Below are positions 1-11,223 of a stretch of DNA of 64,000 bases, piece by piece. Under the pieces are notes generated by a model. It did no database searches, was not told where the DNA came from, and saw nothing but the letters and a program-made list of their open reading frames with translations. This DNA comes from Phoronis australis (lineage: Eukaryota; Animalia; Phoronida): contig NMRA01000016.1 of assembly GCA_002633005.1 (NCBI GenBank), positions 799,874-863,873 on the forward strand, in the 5' to 3' direction. How positions within the stretch are numbered: the first letter of the stretch is position 1; the number at the start of each line of letters is the position of its first letter. The position numbers were made by a program, and so were the translations under genes.

Positions 1-314
1 AGCTTTAATCTCTCTGATAAAATCATCTGTTTCCTTTTAAACGAAACTTAAGTCATGAAATTAGTCCGGGGAAGGAGGCCAAAAACGGCGGTTTAGCTAG
101 TTGTCCCTTCCTGGTTATCTCTTCCTGATGGTATCTACTACTGAAATACGCGAAATCAGTTCAAAATTTCTAATTCTGAGAGAAAATAGATTCCTTAAAT
201 TCTGTCGGTTATCGTGGAAAATCAGGGTCTCTAGCCACGCTTTCTAAGCGCAGCACGATAGCAATACCACTTCTGAGCTACACATTAAGTAGAAACATCA
301 CAACTGTGACTTAC

Positions 315-3300
315 ACTGGCATGGACAACGAAGTCATTCTCTTTGAGAACAAATGGCTTTATAACAGACGAGGCTACCTTGTCGCTGTGGTCAGTATGAC
401 CAAATATGGCGTCGTCATGACTGGACAGCTTTGTCTTCTGGTCCTGGAAGACATGTACAGACTGAGAGATGGACATCAAAAGGACTTGAAAATAAGAAAA
501 ATGGCCACTAGGTGGTGCAGAATATGTCAAATCTCAAATTTTGTGAAAAATATGTTAAGGAATTGCACAGATTAAGAGACAAGCATGAAAAATTAAAATT
601 GTCACTAAGGGACAAACCAGTAAATGGATCTGTTTGAAAATTGTAATCAACTGTCACCAGTTTCACATTAAAGAACACCCCTGCTAAATTTTATGAAACA
701 GTTTGGGAGATTCAGCAGCAGAAACTCGATGCCCGGATTGAAATGATGGTGCTATGCACCTATATTTGGTGCATAAAAATGCTTTGAAATGTCATCGTCA
801 TAAAATTACATCCATGCCACATGCAAGCAGTAAAGTATGTAATGTTGCACGTTTGCCATCTAGACACACAACATGTCAATGATATAATGGATAGACTACT
901 AGCAGGACACTGTAGGTTTGGCAACAGTGTGGCTAAGCACTGTCTAGCTGTTGTGCTAGTTTTATTACCTGTGTCTGGCACCACAGCTTGTCAAAGTCAA
1001 ATTGTTATTAACATGGTTGGAATTGAAAATCTGCTGGCGTCCCCACCATTGAGCACAGTACTTATTAGAAACGAGGGAACACAGCTTGATGGAAGTGGTT
1101 GACCGTTTTTAGATCTTGCTCAATCTGTTACACTTCTGCCTTGAATAAGTGATATTATTACAAATAACCTTTTATGAGAATGTCCATCAGGGCTTGATTT
1201 AGCAACCTGCAGGTCGCCAATGCGACTTCACATTGTGTGGGAAAATCCCAGGTCACCACGAAGTCGCCACTGCGAGTATTGAAGTTAGACAGTAATTCTC
1301 CCCAAATTCGTTTAAAATTGATGGTGACTTCCAAACTTTAAATCACTATCAGTTTTCCTATATTCAACTGGTGAGTATCATGCAACATGTAACCACATCC
1401 GGAGTCTTAACCTGGTGTGTTGTGCTGACTCACTGAACCTTCATATCAAAGAGTCGCTGTTGATTCGTGAACAAATGGCTCAATATTCGTTAAACAATAA
1501 TGTTACATGAAGACAGCTACACCCGTCGCCATGATGTGAGGGTATGTAGTGTCATTCTTACAAGTTCAACTTAGTTTGTGAGATGATGATCAGAAGTTGG
1601 TTGTGGAACCATTCATTTGTTGTGTACTCACTCATGATGCTTGACTGGGAGTATTTATCTAAACATAAAATGTTCCCTTGAAAAGTGTTGCCGTTCTATT
1701 GTTATTAATGTTGTGGTTGGAAATCAATATTTTCTAGTAATTCCTGTTTCATAAAAATCAATTAAAATTGTTCAGTATTGTGCAGTGTGTAACATATGTC
1801 ACGGCAGATTTCCAGAATAGGCTTTCAAAAAGGTAGCATTTCCTTTTATGTGCATACCTGCTGATTAGAATGGCCTGACTTGAATGTGCTAGGCACAAAT
1901 CCTTCCTTTTCAATGTTCTGTATTTCTAACTGCCTAGCTGCTTGTTCAGCTGATGTCAACTTGTCCACGGGCAACATTCCCTGGTCCTTCAACTTCTGGT
2001 CAGCGTCAGCTAATAATGGAAATGGTGTTACATACAAATGTAATACTACAATAATTAACTTTTGATTAGAGTCGCTTTCCCAATAGGAACTTCGGTTTAC
2101 CGAAGCTTTGCCAAACTTCGCTTACCTTTCCCACTATATCGCTATGACAACAGATGACGCAGTTCCTTCGTACTGTCAAACGAATATTGAGTAGTGGGTT
2201 CGAGGCTAACTGAAAATTGTTCTCCTGCCATTTACGAGTGTGTCAGTGTCATACTTCATCAGATATAATTTCTTTTAATACACAACAATAACAAAGAATA
2301 CGTTTCGCAAGTCTCACGTGATCATATATCATTGTCATGACATCTATCGATAACTGCGACGAAGCTTGCAGTTTAACTACCGGAGTTATCGTTTCCCACT
2401 TAACGAAACTTTGGTAAAAGCTAAGTTTCCCTTATAATGGCGAAGCCACTTGAGACTACTCTCTGCAAAAAACTGGTCACGTCTTGCTCTTTACTCAAAT
2501 TGGTGGAAAACTGACAGTTTGCTCTTGCTCGAGGGCATGCGCAGCATTTAAAATGGACTGCTGGGTCAAGACAATTTTAATACTGAGCATGCACCTGTGG
2601 TCTATTTCATGAAAAGTGACTCCAGTCAAGACTTAACACAAAAGTTTGGTCTTGTGCTCTCACTTCCCAATACAGATTAAAGGCTAAGAAATGAAAAGTG
2701 CATCACAGTATAGAAACAATTCTGAAATTGTCTCATAACTAGCACTTACATGTATTTATTATGAGTTGTGTGAAGCATAAATTCATGACTTTTAAAAGTC
2801 ACTTTTCATGAATCAAAGAGTGGACAATCACTTCCTCTCAGTACAGAAATCAGTTCAGGTTCAAGTAAAGAAGATTTAAGCCTAAATAAAAATTAAGTTC
2901 GCTTCTCCTTACCTAACCCAACTGCTAAAAACTTGCCTACTCAGGAAAATTTATAGACAAAATTCCTCTGATTTTTTATGTATTACTGTACATTAAACGA
3001 AATGACATTGGTTGAATTATGGAATAAAAGTTGTAACTGTTTACTCTTTACCTGTTTTTCATATTTATGATCACTTGGTGCCCTTGGTGGTAAGTATAAA
3101 ACATGTTTTGAGCATTCTTGGACATGATGGCAAAATTGATGTATGAAGTCGTAACTATTTTTTCTCTACCTACCCAGCCGAATGTTAAAAGTAGGGTCGG
3201 GTAAGAACAAACAAAGATAAGACTGGCCCTAGCAGTTAGTGTTTATATTCCACACAGGGTCAAAATCAAGTTAGATTTTTGTTAGAATGCTGGCGGACAC

Positions 3301-5978
3301 CAGCTTGAAAGTTTAAAAACTGCGCGTTGCTTCCTTGAAAAAATGGCATGGGACGTCAACGTGGAATCAGGCATCATTACATGCTTCAACTAGCCAGCAC
3401 ATTTCTACAAAGTCATGCCGAAAGAGTGAAAATGGGCTGCACATGCACAGTCCAACTACAGTATTCAGACAAAATGAGCCTGAAATCTCCATTATTATGG
3501 TTGGGTGGAAGCCAAATTCAGTCACAGTAGTTTTCCCTCATAATTGAGAATGAAGACAAATTAACAAGAAACTTAAGGTGACTGAGGAATTTTGCAACTG
3601 AAATTCCCCCTCCCTCAATAGTTATAACAAGCCATTTTTGCTGTTAAAACAATTAGCTGTCATATGGGGGAAATGGTATTTTGTCTGATTATTGATGTCC
3701 AGACCTGCTCTGTACATTGTGGGCAAATGGTGACTACTTAAAGAAAGCAACAGTAATTACAATGTAGCAAATACATGTCAATTACCAGCAGCCTTGAGTG
3801 CCAACTGAAGTCGGGCCTTGTTCTGCTCAGCAGGAGTCTAAACAAACAGAAAAATAAAAGGACTATTAGCCAGAGGCAAGTTTCATGGTCTGTTACTAAG
3901 TTCGCAGGTACGTCACAATGTTTCATGGTTTGTTACTAAGTTCACAGGTCCGCCACATTATCAGCACATGATGATCTAACTACTGCTAATTAACAATCAG
4001 TTCCACACTACTTGTTGGTGATAGCTTCACTGGCCAATATGTATAAGTCTGAATGGATGTCAGCACCAGCCAGGTCATGTCCTAATTAAGCTGATTTGAT
4101 TCTTCAGATCAGTCTTTATGAGCTACAGAGTATGCACAGCAATAATTCGAGTCAAGAAGGTGGAATGAATTTCTAAAATATCTACTCACACTATCAACTC
4201 AGCTTATAAATACATTTCCAGGAGCACACACAAACAAATGAAAGCCAGTTCAAAATTCAAAGTTCGAATGCCTTTCAAATCTCAGAAGCAAAACCAAACT
4301 AGGTAAAATTATATGGATACATTCGAAAATTCACAATTTTCAAATTCATGGGATCATTAAAACTTACCAAGTCCTTGAATCCAGGGATACTTGTTACAGG
4401 ATCACTGAAAAACATAGATTTTCATCAAATAATGAAAACCCCGTGACGGAAATGGAATAGAAATATGAAATATTTCAAGTAGGCTCATCAACTATTTTAA
4501 GTTTTCAGAAAGAAAACATCCCACAGTCTCTAGATGGAGCAGTGAAAGTCCGCAAAGCACTGCCACCTTTCATTGCAATTCTTTTTGCAGTTTGGATACA
4601 GAGGCGGGTGACAACAGACACTAAAACTTACAACAAAAAGGCCAATAGGGGGCATAACATTAGTCAAATTTGTCTGAAATTTCCTGAAAATCCATACAGA
4701 AGTTTTGGAGGTACAGTAGCAGATGCTGGATAGACGGAATGGGATGATGCAAAAATGCACCCACACACAAGTGAGCTCATAAAAATTTGAACACTAAAGA
4801 CAGATTTCACTAGAAAATATGAAACTGAGTTTATGAAGAAATTAAACCATGAAAACCAATAAGAGCCAGATGGAACAATTACAGTGCTGGATTAAGGATT
4901 CGCAGAGCCTTAAACAAGTAACCTGGAGATAATGATACCTTTGTCCCCAAGGACATCACAACAGTTTTAACCTAAGCACCATAATCAATTTTCAACTGAG
5001 ACAACACCCTACTTTGTAGGGTGACCTCAGTTGCAGCATAGTTAGCTTGATGATCATGCGGACAATGGACGGAGTAACAAGGCATGCCTACGAGAAGGTT
5101 CAGTCTTACCTTATTCCACGTGCTGGGCTGTTAGAAGCGTGTCTACTAGTAGTAGCTGACCTGAAAGTATGAAAGACATAAGTACTGCAAGATTCTACAG
5201 TTGCCAGCAGAAACAATATGGATCAATTAGAAGTCATGCTAGCAGCTATCATCCACTAAGTCTCTTTTGACAAATGGCTTGCCAACAATGCATCAGTGGT
5301 GAAACAGAGTGAGAATTCATGCAGAATGCACTGCAATGCCAATCACAAATGAAGTATAGCTTACCTTTCTGCTGATCGTCGTCTAGACTTTGACCTGCTT
5401 CGTGACCTCCTACGAGATCGAGACGAGCTTCTTGACCTCCGTCTTGAATACCTAGATGAATAGCGGTCATAGCTAGGCGACCTTCGAGACCTGCTCCGTG
5501 ATCTCCTTGACCTCGTCTGTGACCTACTCCGTGACCTTCTTGACTTGCTAGCTGACCTTGACCTTCTGGTCCTACTTCCACTTCTAGATCTCCGGCTCGT
5601 TTTGGACTTCTTAGACTTTTTGTGCTTGGAACCTTTGTGCCTTTCACTACTTTTTGACCTGAAATACAATGGCAAGACCACACAATTGCTTTGTGCTCAT
5701 TGTTGTGCAATTTTTCTCCAAACTTAGAAATCACTACTGACCCGAGTAAGGCACAAGTTGAGACTAATTTTACATGAATTCAAAAGCTCTGATGTTGTGT
5801 AGTAGCTACCAGATACTACCTTTTACTAACTTAAAGAAAAACGGTATTTAAATTACATGTACAATAATCGTCAATTTCCCGTCATTTGTTCTTACCTTGA
5901 TCTAGACCTGTTCTTCTTTTTCTTCTTTGACCTTTTGCGATGGTCATCACTGTCATCGCTATCTGAATATTTAGACAT
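315..5978 (-). CDS. RSRC1: Arginine/serine-rich coiled-coil protein 1 (SR-related splicing factor), 3'-partial; coding exons 5978-5896, 5658-5365, 5160-5110, 4404-4368, 3837-3786, 2009-1858, 443-315; last exon(s) left of the window
   Basis: All seven exons have GT-AG boundaries and join in frame (798 nt, 266 codons). Translation: MSKYSDSDDSDDHRKRSKKKKK, a long RS domain, PGFKDL/TPAEQNKARLQLALKAAADADQKLK, LEIQNIEKEGFVPSTFKS, then ENDFVVHAS. These match, from memory, vertebrate RSRC1 [48 protein letters not shown] and QDDNSLAHPN. Confidence 0.93.
470..780 (-). mobile_element. Fragment of Helentron-associated non-autonomous element (HINE/DINE-1-like), in an RSRC1 intron
   Basis: The reverse strand starts ATTTTTATGCACCAAATATAGGTGCATAG (T-tract, subterminal repeat, short inverted repeat), like the copies at 47787, 48886 and 59907. 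It includes repeat-unit motifs GGCCACTAGGTGGTGC (503-518) and CACTAAGGGAC. Confidence 0.6.
2070..2450. mobile_element. Degenerate MITE (Harbinger-like ends)
   Basis: Imperfect terminal inverted repeats AGTCGCTTTCCCAATAGGAACTT ... AAGTTTCCCTTATAATGGCGAAGCCACT with internal TTTCCCAC repeats. Confidence 0.35.
2878..3230. mobile_element. MITE of the AGGCC...GGCCT type
   Basis: Ends AAGCCTAAATAAAAATTAAG..CCTTACCTAACCC and AGGGTCGGGTAAGAACAAACAAAGATAAGACTGGCCCT form imperfect inverted repeats. Confidence 0.45.
3880..3959. repeat. 40-bp tandem duplication (2 copies)
   Basis: GTTTCATGGT(C/T)TGTTACTAAGTTC(G/A)CAGGT(A/C)CG(T/C)CACA repeated directly. Confidence 0.85.
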
Positions 5979-6416
5979 GGTAGATGGACTTGGCTAAAAA
6001 TAGGAGGAATTAAGTTCGTATGTGTGAGGGTCAAAACAAAAGCAACGTGGAACAGCACTGATATGAGCTCACCATGTACCATGTACGCACTAAAGGCAGC
6101 AATGCTGGCAAATGTTAAAACAGCCTCCCGAGGGTTCACAGCAAATCAGAAATACTGTCCCCAATAGGAACGGCAGCCACCCTGCACCATGAGCATGCGC
6201 GCACCCAGGGGGGGGGCTCGGAGGGCCACTAGGAAGCACGTTACAGGTCAAAAGGTAAAAACGGTCTGATACAACTTGTGCTGCCATCTACGGGATAGTA
6301 ACTTATTTGGCAAATTTCATGAACATCCACCATGCAGCTTGATAGATATCGATGACAAGCTCAAAGTAACAAAAATTTCAATAGGGGACTCCGCAGTAGT
6401 TGAACTTGACAATAAA

Positions 6417-6417
<1 letters not shown>

Positions 6418-6454
<37 letters not shown>
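6418..6454. repeat. (CA)n microsatellite
   Basis: About 18 uninterrupted CA units. Confidence 0.97.
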
Positions 6455-6458
<4 letters not shown>

Positions 6459-7099
6459 TGCCGTAACGGGAGAATTTTGAGTGGATTGGGGATGCATAAA
6501 TCTCTTAATTTTTGTTATTCCCAGAAAAAATTGACTTGGTCAATACAAGGGACATTTTAAAAAGTTCTGTGAGAATTTGCTGTTACTTGGGTTGATTGGA
6601 CAGAGCTGTTTATCATCTATTATGGTTGTTGATTTTCAGTATTGTCAGGTTATTGCTTTTAGCAAGAACTGAAAAGAGGTGATCAGTCTGACATCTGTTA
6701 ATTTGCACGATCAGTCCTAGTAATTTTTCGCACTCTCCTCAATGGTGCCAAACTTGAATTTCCCTGATTGATAACTTTTTCCCCCAACACACTTTTTGAA
6801 AATCGTTCGGCCAATTGGCAGAATATCTCCAGATCTAGAGAAATTTTTTCTTCCGGTCAGGTGAATTCTCCCAATTTGATAGCCAGCCAGCTGGCTGTAT
6901 GAAGACTACCATCAAAATAGAGCTAGACCTGTACCACTGTGTGTTGAGCTACGACAGACTTCGAAACTGCACACAACCGAGATAGTTCTGCTTGTCAACT
7001 CACTGTGAAAGTTGTAGTTGTATCAACATATAGAGCTAAAGACCGGCGGGGTAGCATGCAAAATCTCAGGGGAGCCAACCAACACTCACCTTGCTCGTT

Positions 7100-7566
7100 A
7101 CAGCTGTTTAAGTGCAAAATAATCTAATAAACATCATTTTCTTGCTTAATTATCCACCTATTGTAACAAAGACAACTTATGTCGTCGTTTCGAAAACAGT
7201 ACGCTTGTGACATGCGCCACTCTTTAAATTCTTTGCGACATCTCTCGGAAGATGCATAACGGTTTCGCAGCAGCGAAATTTGTTCTGAAATTCAGTTTGC
7301 TTGTATCAAAATACTAAAAACTTGTAACAAAATGGAACCATGTCGGATAATTTATTGTGACATGTCACATGTATGACAACTCGTGGAAGAACAGTTGAGA
7401 TTGGATTGGCAAAAAAAGAAACTGGACAATATTTCATGGCGCCGAAAGCCGACGCAAAACATCACTCCACAACTTTAACAGCAGAATAACGGTAGAACGC
7501 CAGTTTACTCAACGATGAGTGTATTTTTAGTGTCACTAATTTTTTTCTCAGATTTTATTTGGCCTG
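7100..7566 (-). mobile_element. Dispersed TIR-type repeat, copy of the family at 42090-43920
   Basis: 7300-7566 is the diverged reverse complement of about 43322-43620, e.g. ATTTCATGGCGCCGAAAGCCGACGCAAAA vs TTTTGCGTCGGCTTTCGGCGCCATGAAAT. Confidence 0.7.
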
Positions 7567-7790
7567 TTTTTTATCCGCAAGGCCCAGGCCAAAGCCGGGC
7601 TGGCTACCTGGTCCTGATAAACCAGGTTCGAGTCACGTGCGTCAAACAGCTGCGGCGAAACGCTGGACAAAGCTTCTGTCAAACGCAGGACATCAGCTGA
7701 GCCAAGGCGTGGCTTCACTCGTCAAAAACATTTAGTTTACAACAACCACGTGTCCCCAAAAAGACAAACAATTTCAACCACTCTACTTAC

Positions 7791-7870
7791 CAAATCGGTG
7801 ACTTGATGAATACTTATTGCTTTCTTCTTTGTGAAAGAGTAAGTTCACAAAGTGGTGACGCCTATTGCCC
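7791..7870 (-). other. RSRC1: Probable non-coding first exon (5' UTR) of RSRC1
   Basis: The ATG-containing exon has an AG acceptor at 5995-5994, so an upstream exon is needed. There is a strong G|GTAAGT donor at 7790 (minus) in non-repetitive sequence. The 5' boundary is approximate. Confidence 0.5.
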
Positions 7871-8373
7871 AATGGGAAATCTAGGCCAAACCGACGGTTC
7901 AATGATTGACAGGTGCCCAAATGTGCCGCCCAAAGGTAATGTAGTATCAAGCAATCCGGCAATTTTGGAAGCGAAACTGCGTTCACACGAAAATCATAAC
8001 GAAAAACTAATTTTTCTGAACTACATCAATTTCGGTCTGTAGCAACCTTCTTCCGAAATCTTTGGAATATATTATAAAAGGGTAGGATCGACCTAGTGGT
8101 ACGTTTTCCAACTAACATTTCGGTACGTGCAGAGCATTCAGTTCCGGCCCGCAGCCTGAGTGAGGCCCGGGCAGGCCGGCCGGGGGACTGAGTTCGATGG
8201 CCCGGCGCCCGCCGAAAATATGCTTATGGTGAGGCCCGTTTCCGCAAAAACTGATGTGGGCATTTTCTTAACTTATGTCGCAGTCCCGGAAATTCCCGGT
8301 ATGTGAAAATCAGCATAGTGCAATGTAATCTTAGTAAATCTTAGTGAATCCATGCAAAAATGACCCACATTAA

Positions 8374-9193
8374 AGGCGAAGGCAACCTTTTTTCATGTCT
8401 TTTTTAGCAAAAATAATGTTCCTTGGTTATCTCAGACATATTTTCCACTTAATTGCAGCTTTTTGTAATTTAATTAATTATTCGTTCTCTACTTCGCCGG
8501 GAAGTGACGTTTTGGGAGGCAAGAATTTCGCGCCAATTTCTATTCATATAGCCTGACTGTGAGAGCTGCCGAGTCAGTCATTGTTCTATCTCTGTTGTGA
8601 TAAGTTCGGTCGTCGTTTTGCGTTGCTGCGGGATGTACTCATTATCGTCTCGCGGACGGAGGAACAACTGTCCCACTTGCCCTTGTTTCCCGCGACACAC
8701 TCCCACTGGATAGTGACCTGAGCACACAAACTGCTTACACCCCGCAGCTACTAAATAGCTCCAATACTATAGTCAAGTCCATAATAAACTTATCAAACTG
8801 AACTTTGGCTCACTGATCTGTTCATTGAACGACGAACTGTACTCTTCACTGGGCCGGTATTCACTCCCACTTACAGGCTTCGCCGGGCCATAATGCGTAC
8901 ATCCCGGTATGCAGCAACAGTGTGGCATGTTGACTGACTCGTAAACAAAAGCAAACGACGACCAAACCTATCACAACCGAGGTAGAACAATGACCAACTC
9001 GACAGCTCTCATAGTCACACTACATTGAAAAGAAATTGGGGCGAAATTCTTGCCTCCCAAAACGTCACATCCGGAGTAGAGAACAAATAATTAATTAAAT
9101 TACAAAAGCGGTAATTAAGTGGGAAATATGTCTGGGATTACCAACGAACGTGATTTTTGATAAAAATAACTCCAAAAAAGGTTGCCTTCGCCT
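8374..9193. mobile_element. Kolobok-like non-autonomous DNA transposon (820 bp) with long TIRs
   Basis: TTAA on both sides (8370-8373, 9194-9197). Termini AGGCGAAGGCAACCTTTTTT ... AAAAAAGGTTGCCTTCGCCT, with about 250 bp imperfect inverted arms. A TTAA TSD with AG...CT ends fits Kolobok rather than piggyBac (CC...GG). Confidence 0.85.
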
Positions 9194-9469
9194 TTAAGAG
9201 CGCAGGTTCAGGTCACTACCGGTAGGTGCCGACGATTGTTTAACTCAAACCCTGTGAATATTTGTTGCAACTATGTAGGCCTAATGGTCAAAAACATAAT
9301 TCAGTTGTGGTGCATGGTCACCTAGTTTGGTCATTATTGATCAACTACGGCCAAACAATGAATGATGGACTAGTTGACTCAGTGAAGACGTCCGATCAGA
9401 TTCATATTAATGTTATATAGGCTAACACGTACCGGCCCGGCGGCCTGCATTTAGGACCTGTGCAAACGA

Positions 9470-9900
9470 ATAGCAGAGAGTTGAGCTGTTGTCCTCCGGG
9501 CAAGTGAAAAGCAGCTCATGGCCGATCCCGTACACGAGCCGTAGGGAAATGCTCACTGTCTTATTCCGTGTAGTGATCTGCCTACGTACAGTTGAGAATG
9601 AGCCATCGAGGGAGATACTTGTTGTTGTTATGTGATGCAATAATTGATTCTTATTGGCTTCTGAAGGCAACTCAGTGGCGGTTGCATAGCACTTAGCTTA
9701 TGATCTTGCCCGCTGCAAGTTAAAGATTTACGCGAGCGATGTGAAAGAAATCAATCAAGTGAGACATTCGCTTCACAGCCTCTCGAGGCAAATCTTTCAA
9801 TCACGGTTCAGTTTGCCGCAGACGTCAACGTTTTGAGCTGAGCTCATAGAGCGTTCGAGGCGTCAGCTAGTGTACAGTGGCTCTCTGTCAGTGCGCTAGT
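9470..9900 (+). repeat. Old dispersed repeat, homologous to about 24930-25500
   Basis: Shared colinear blocks: GGAAATGCTCACTG; TTGTTGTTGT..GTGA; TTGG(C/T)TT(C/T)TGAAGG(C/T)AA; GAGGCAA..TCACGGTT..TTTGC(C/G)GCAGA. Confidence 0.55.
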
Positions 9901-9910
9901 TCGGCTTTAA

Positions 9911-11223
9911 AGGCGAAGACAACCTTTTTTCATGTCATTTTTAGCAAAAAAATAGGGTTCGTTGATTATCCCAGACATATTTTTCACTTATTTACAGCTT
10001 TTCGTAATTTAATTTATTACTCGTCGTCTACTCCGGAAGTTTTGGGAGTCAAAAATTTCGCGCCAATTTATTTTCATACAGTCTGACTGTGAGAGCAGTC
10101 GAGTCAGTCATTGTTCTACCTCGGTTGTGACAAGTTTGGTAGTCGTTTGCCTTTGTTTACGAGTCAGTCAACATGTCACGCTGTTGCTGACTACCGAGAA
10201 GTACTCATTATCGTCTCACGTACAAAGGAAGATGAACTGTCCCACTTGCCCGAGTGTCCCGCCACACACGTACTCCCAGTGGATGGTGACTTGAGCACCC
10301 AAACTGCTTACATCCCGCCGTGCGACTCCCTCGTCACACACGTGGCACCTTCTAAATAGCTCCAATACAAGTCCATAATAAACTTATCAAACTTAGGCTC
10401 ACCGATCTGTTCATTGCCGGATAACGAGTGTCCTTTTCACTGGGTGTCAAACTGCGCCTGTATTCCCTCCCACTACTCAACATCGCTGCAGGGCTGCTTA
10501 CAGGCTCTGGGCTAGTGACAACAGCACACGGGGAATCACTGCTAGTTCCTGGAATTGCACGCTATGGGGTACGTTCGGAGGCATGGGTGACAGTAGATGA
10601 AGTGACTCCAGTCACTGTAGTGGCCACAGCTGGCGAAGCTTCTCGCTTCAAAAACGCACTTCTCGGGGGTGGCGACGGGGCACTGCCGAGAATGACAGCG
10701 ACGGTATTGCACCCTTCTTCAGGCGTTGTTTCGCAGTGACCTTCATCAATTCAGCGTACATTTCTCTGTCGTAATCTGACGGCTGAAAATGCTTGCCTCT
10801 GCTTTGTACGTTGCGTGAACGGGTAGCGCTGCGTTCTTTACACGAACGAGCCAGCCAAGTATGGCGAACTGTGTCATCCTTCGGAAAGCGATGCAAGGTA
10901 CCCAAAGCGCGCGTGAGACGATAACGAGTACATCCTACACTGACAGCAACAGTGCGGCATGTTGACTGACTCGTAAACAAAAGCAAGCGACGACCGAACT
11001 TATCACATCCGAGGTAGAACAATGACTGAATTGACACCTCTCAGTCTGACTGTATGAAAAGAAATTGGAGCGAAATTCTTGCCTCCTAAAACGTCACTTT
11101 CGGAGTAGAGGACGAGAAATTAATTAAATTACGAAAAGCTGTAATTAAGTGAAAAATTTGTCTGGGATAATCAACAGACCTTATTTTTACTAAAAGTGAA
11201 ATGAAAAAAGATTGCCTTCGCCT
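9911..11223. mobile_element. Kolobok-like non-autonomous DNA transposon (1313 bp), same family, carrying a THAP remnant
   Basis: TTAA at 9907-9910 and 11224-11227. Termini AGGCGAAGACAACC...GATTGCCTTCGCCT, about 300 bp inverted arms, extensive identity to 8374-9193. Confidence 0.88.
10648..10960 (-). pseudogene. Frameshifted THAP zinc-finger domain (transposase N-terminus remnant)
   Basis: ATG CCG CAC TGT at 10960 (MPHC), a frameshift, then VGCT...LHRFPKDDTVRHTWL...GKHFQPSDY...RLKKGAIPS. This gives the THAP signature C..C, FP, W, HF and AVP-like box, with the third Cys lost. Confidence 0.8.

Noticed and set aside
3965-4052. Box C/D snoRNA-like TGATGA...CTGA
   Set aside because: It is antisense to the host RSRC1 transcript, has no terminal stem and no recognisable rRNA guide.
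4939-4971. Possible 33-nt poison exon in an RSRC1 intron
   Set aside because: AG/GT boundaries and a stop exist, but the pyrimidine tract is poor. It cannot be supported without RNA data.
5249-5734. 161-aa and other overlapping ORFs across the RS exon
   Set aside because: They are alternative frames of the repetitive RSRC1 exon; only the RS frame joins the neighbouring exons.
7783-8042. Short ORFs near the RSRC1 5' end as coding exon 1
   Set aside because: The ATG at 5978 already gives an N-terminus comparable to known RSRC1, and these ORFs have no similarity I recognise.
10648-11037. Domesticated THAP gene
   Set aside because: Frameshift after MPHC, loss of a zinc-binding Cys and location inside a TIR element with TSDs indicate a relic.
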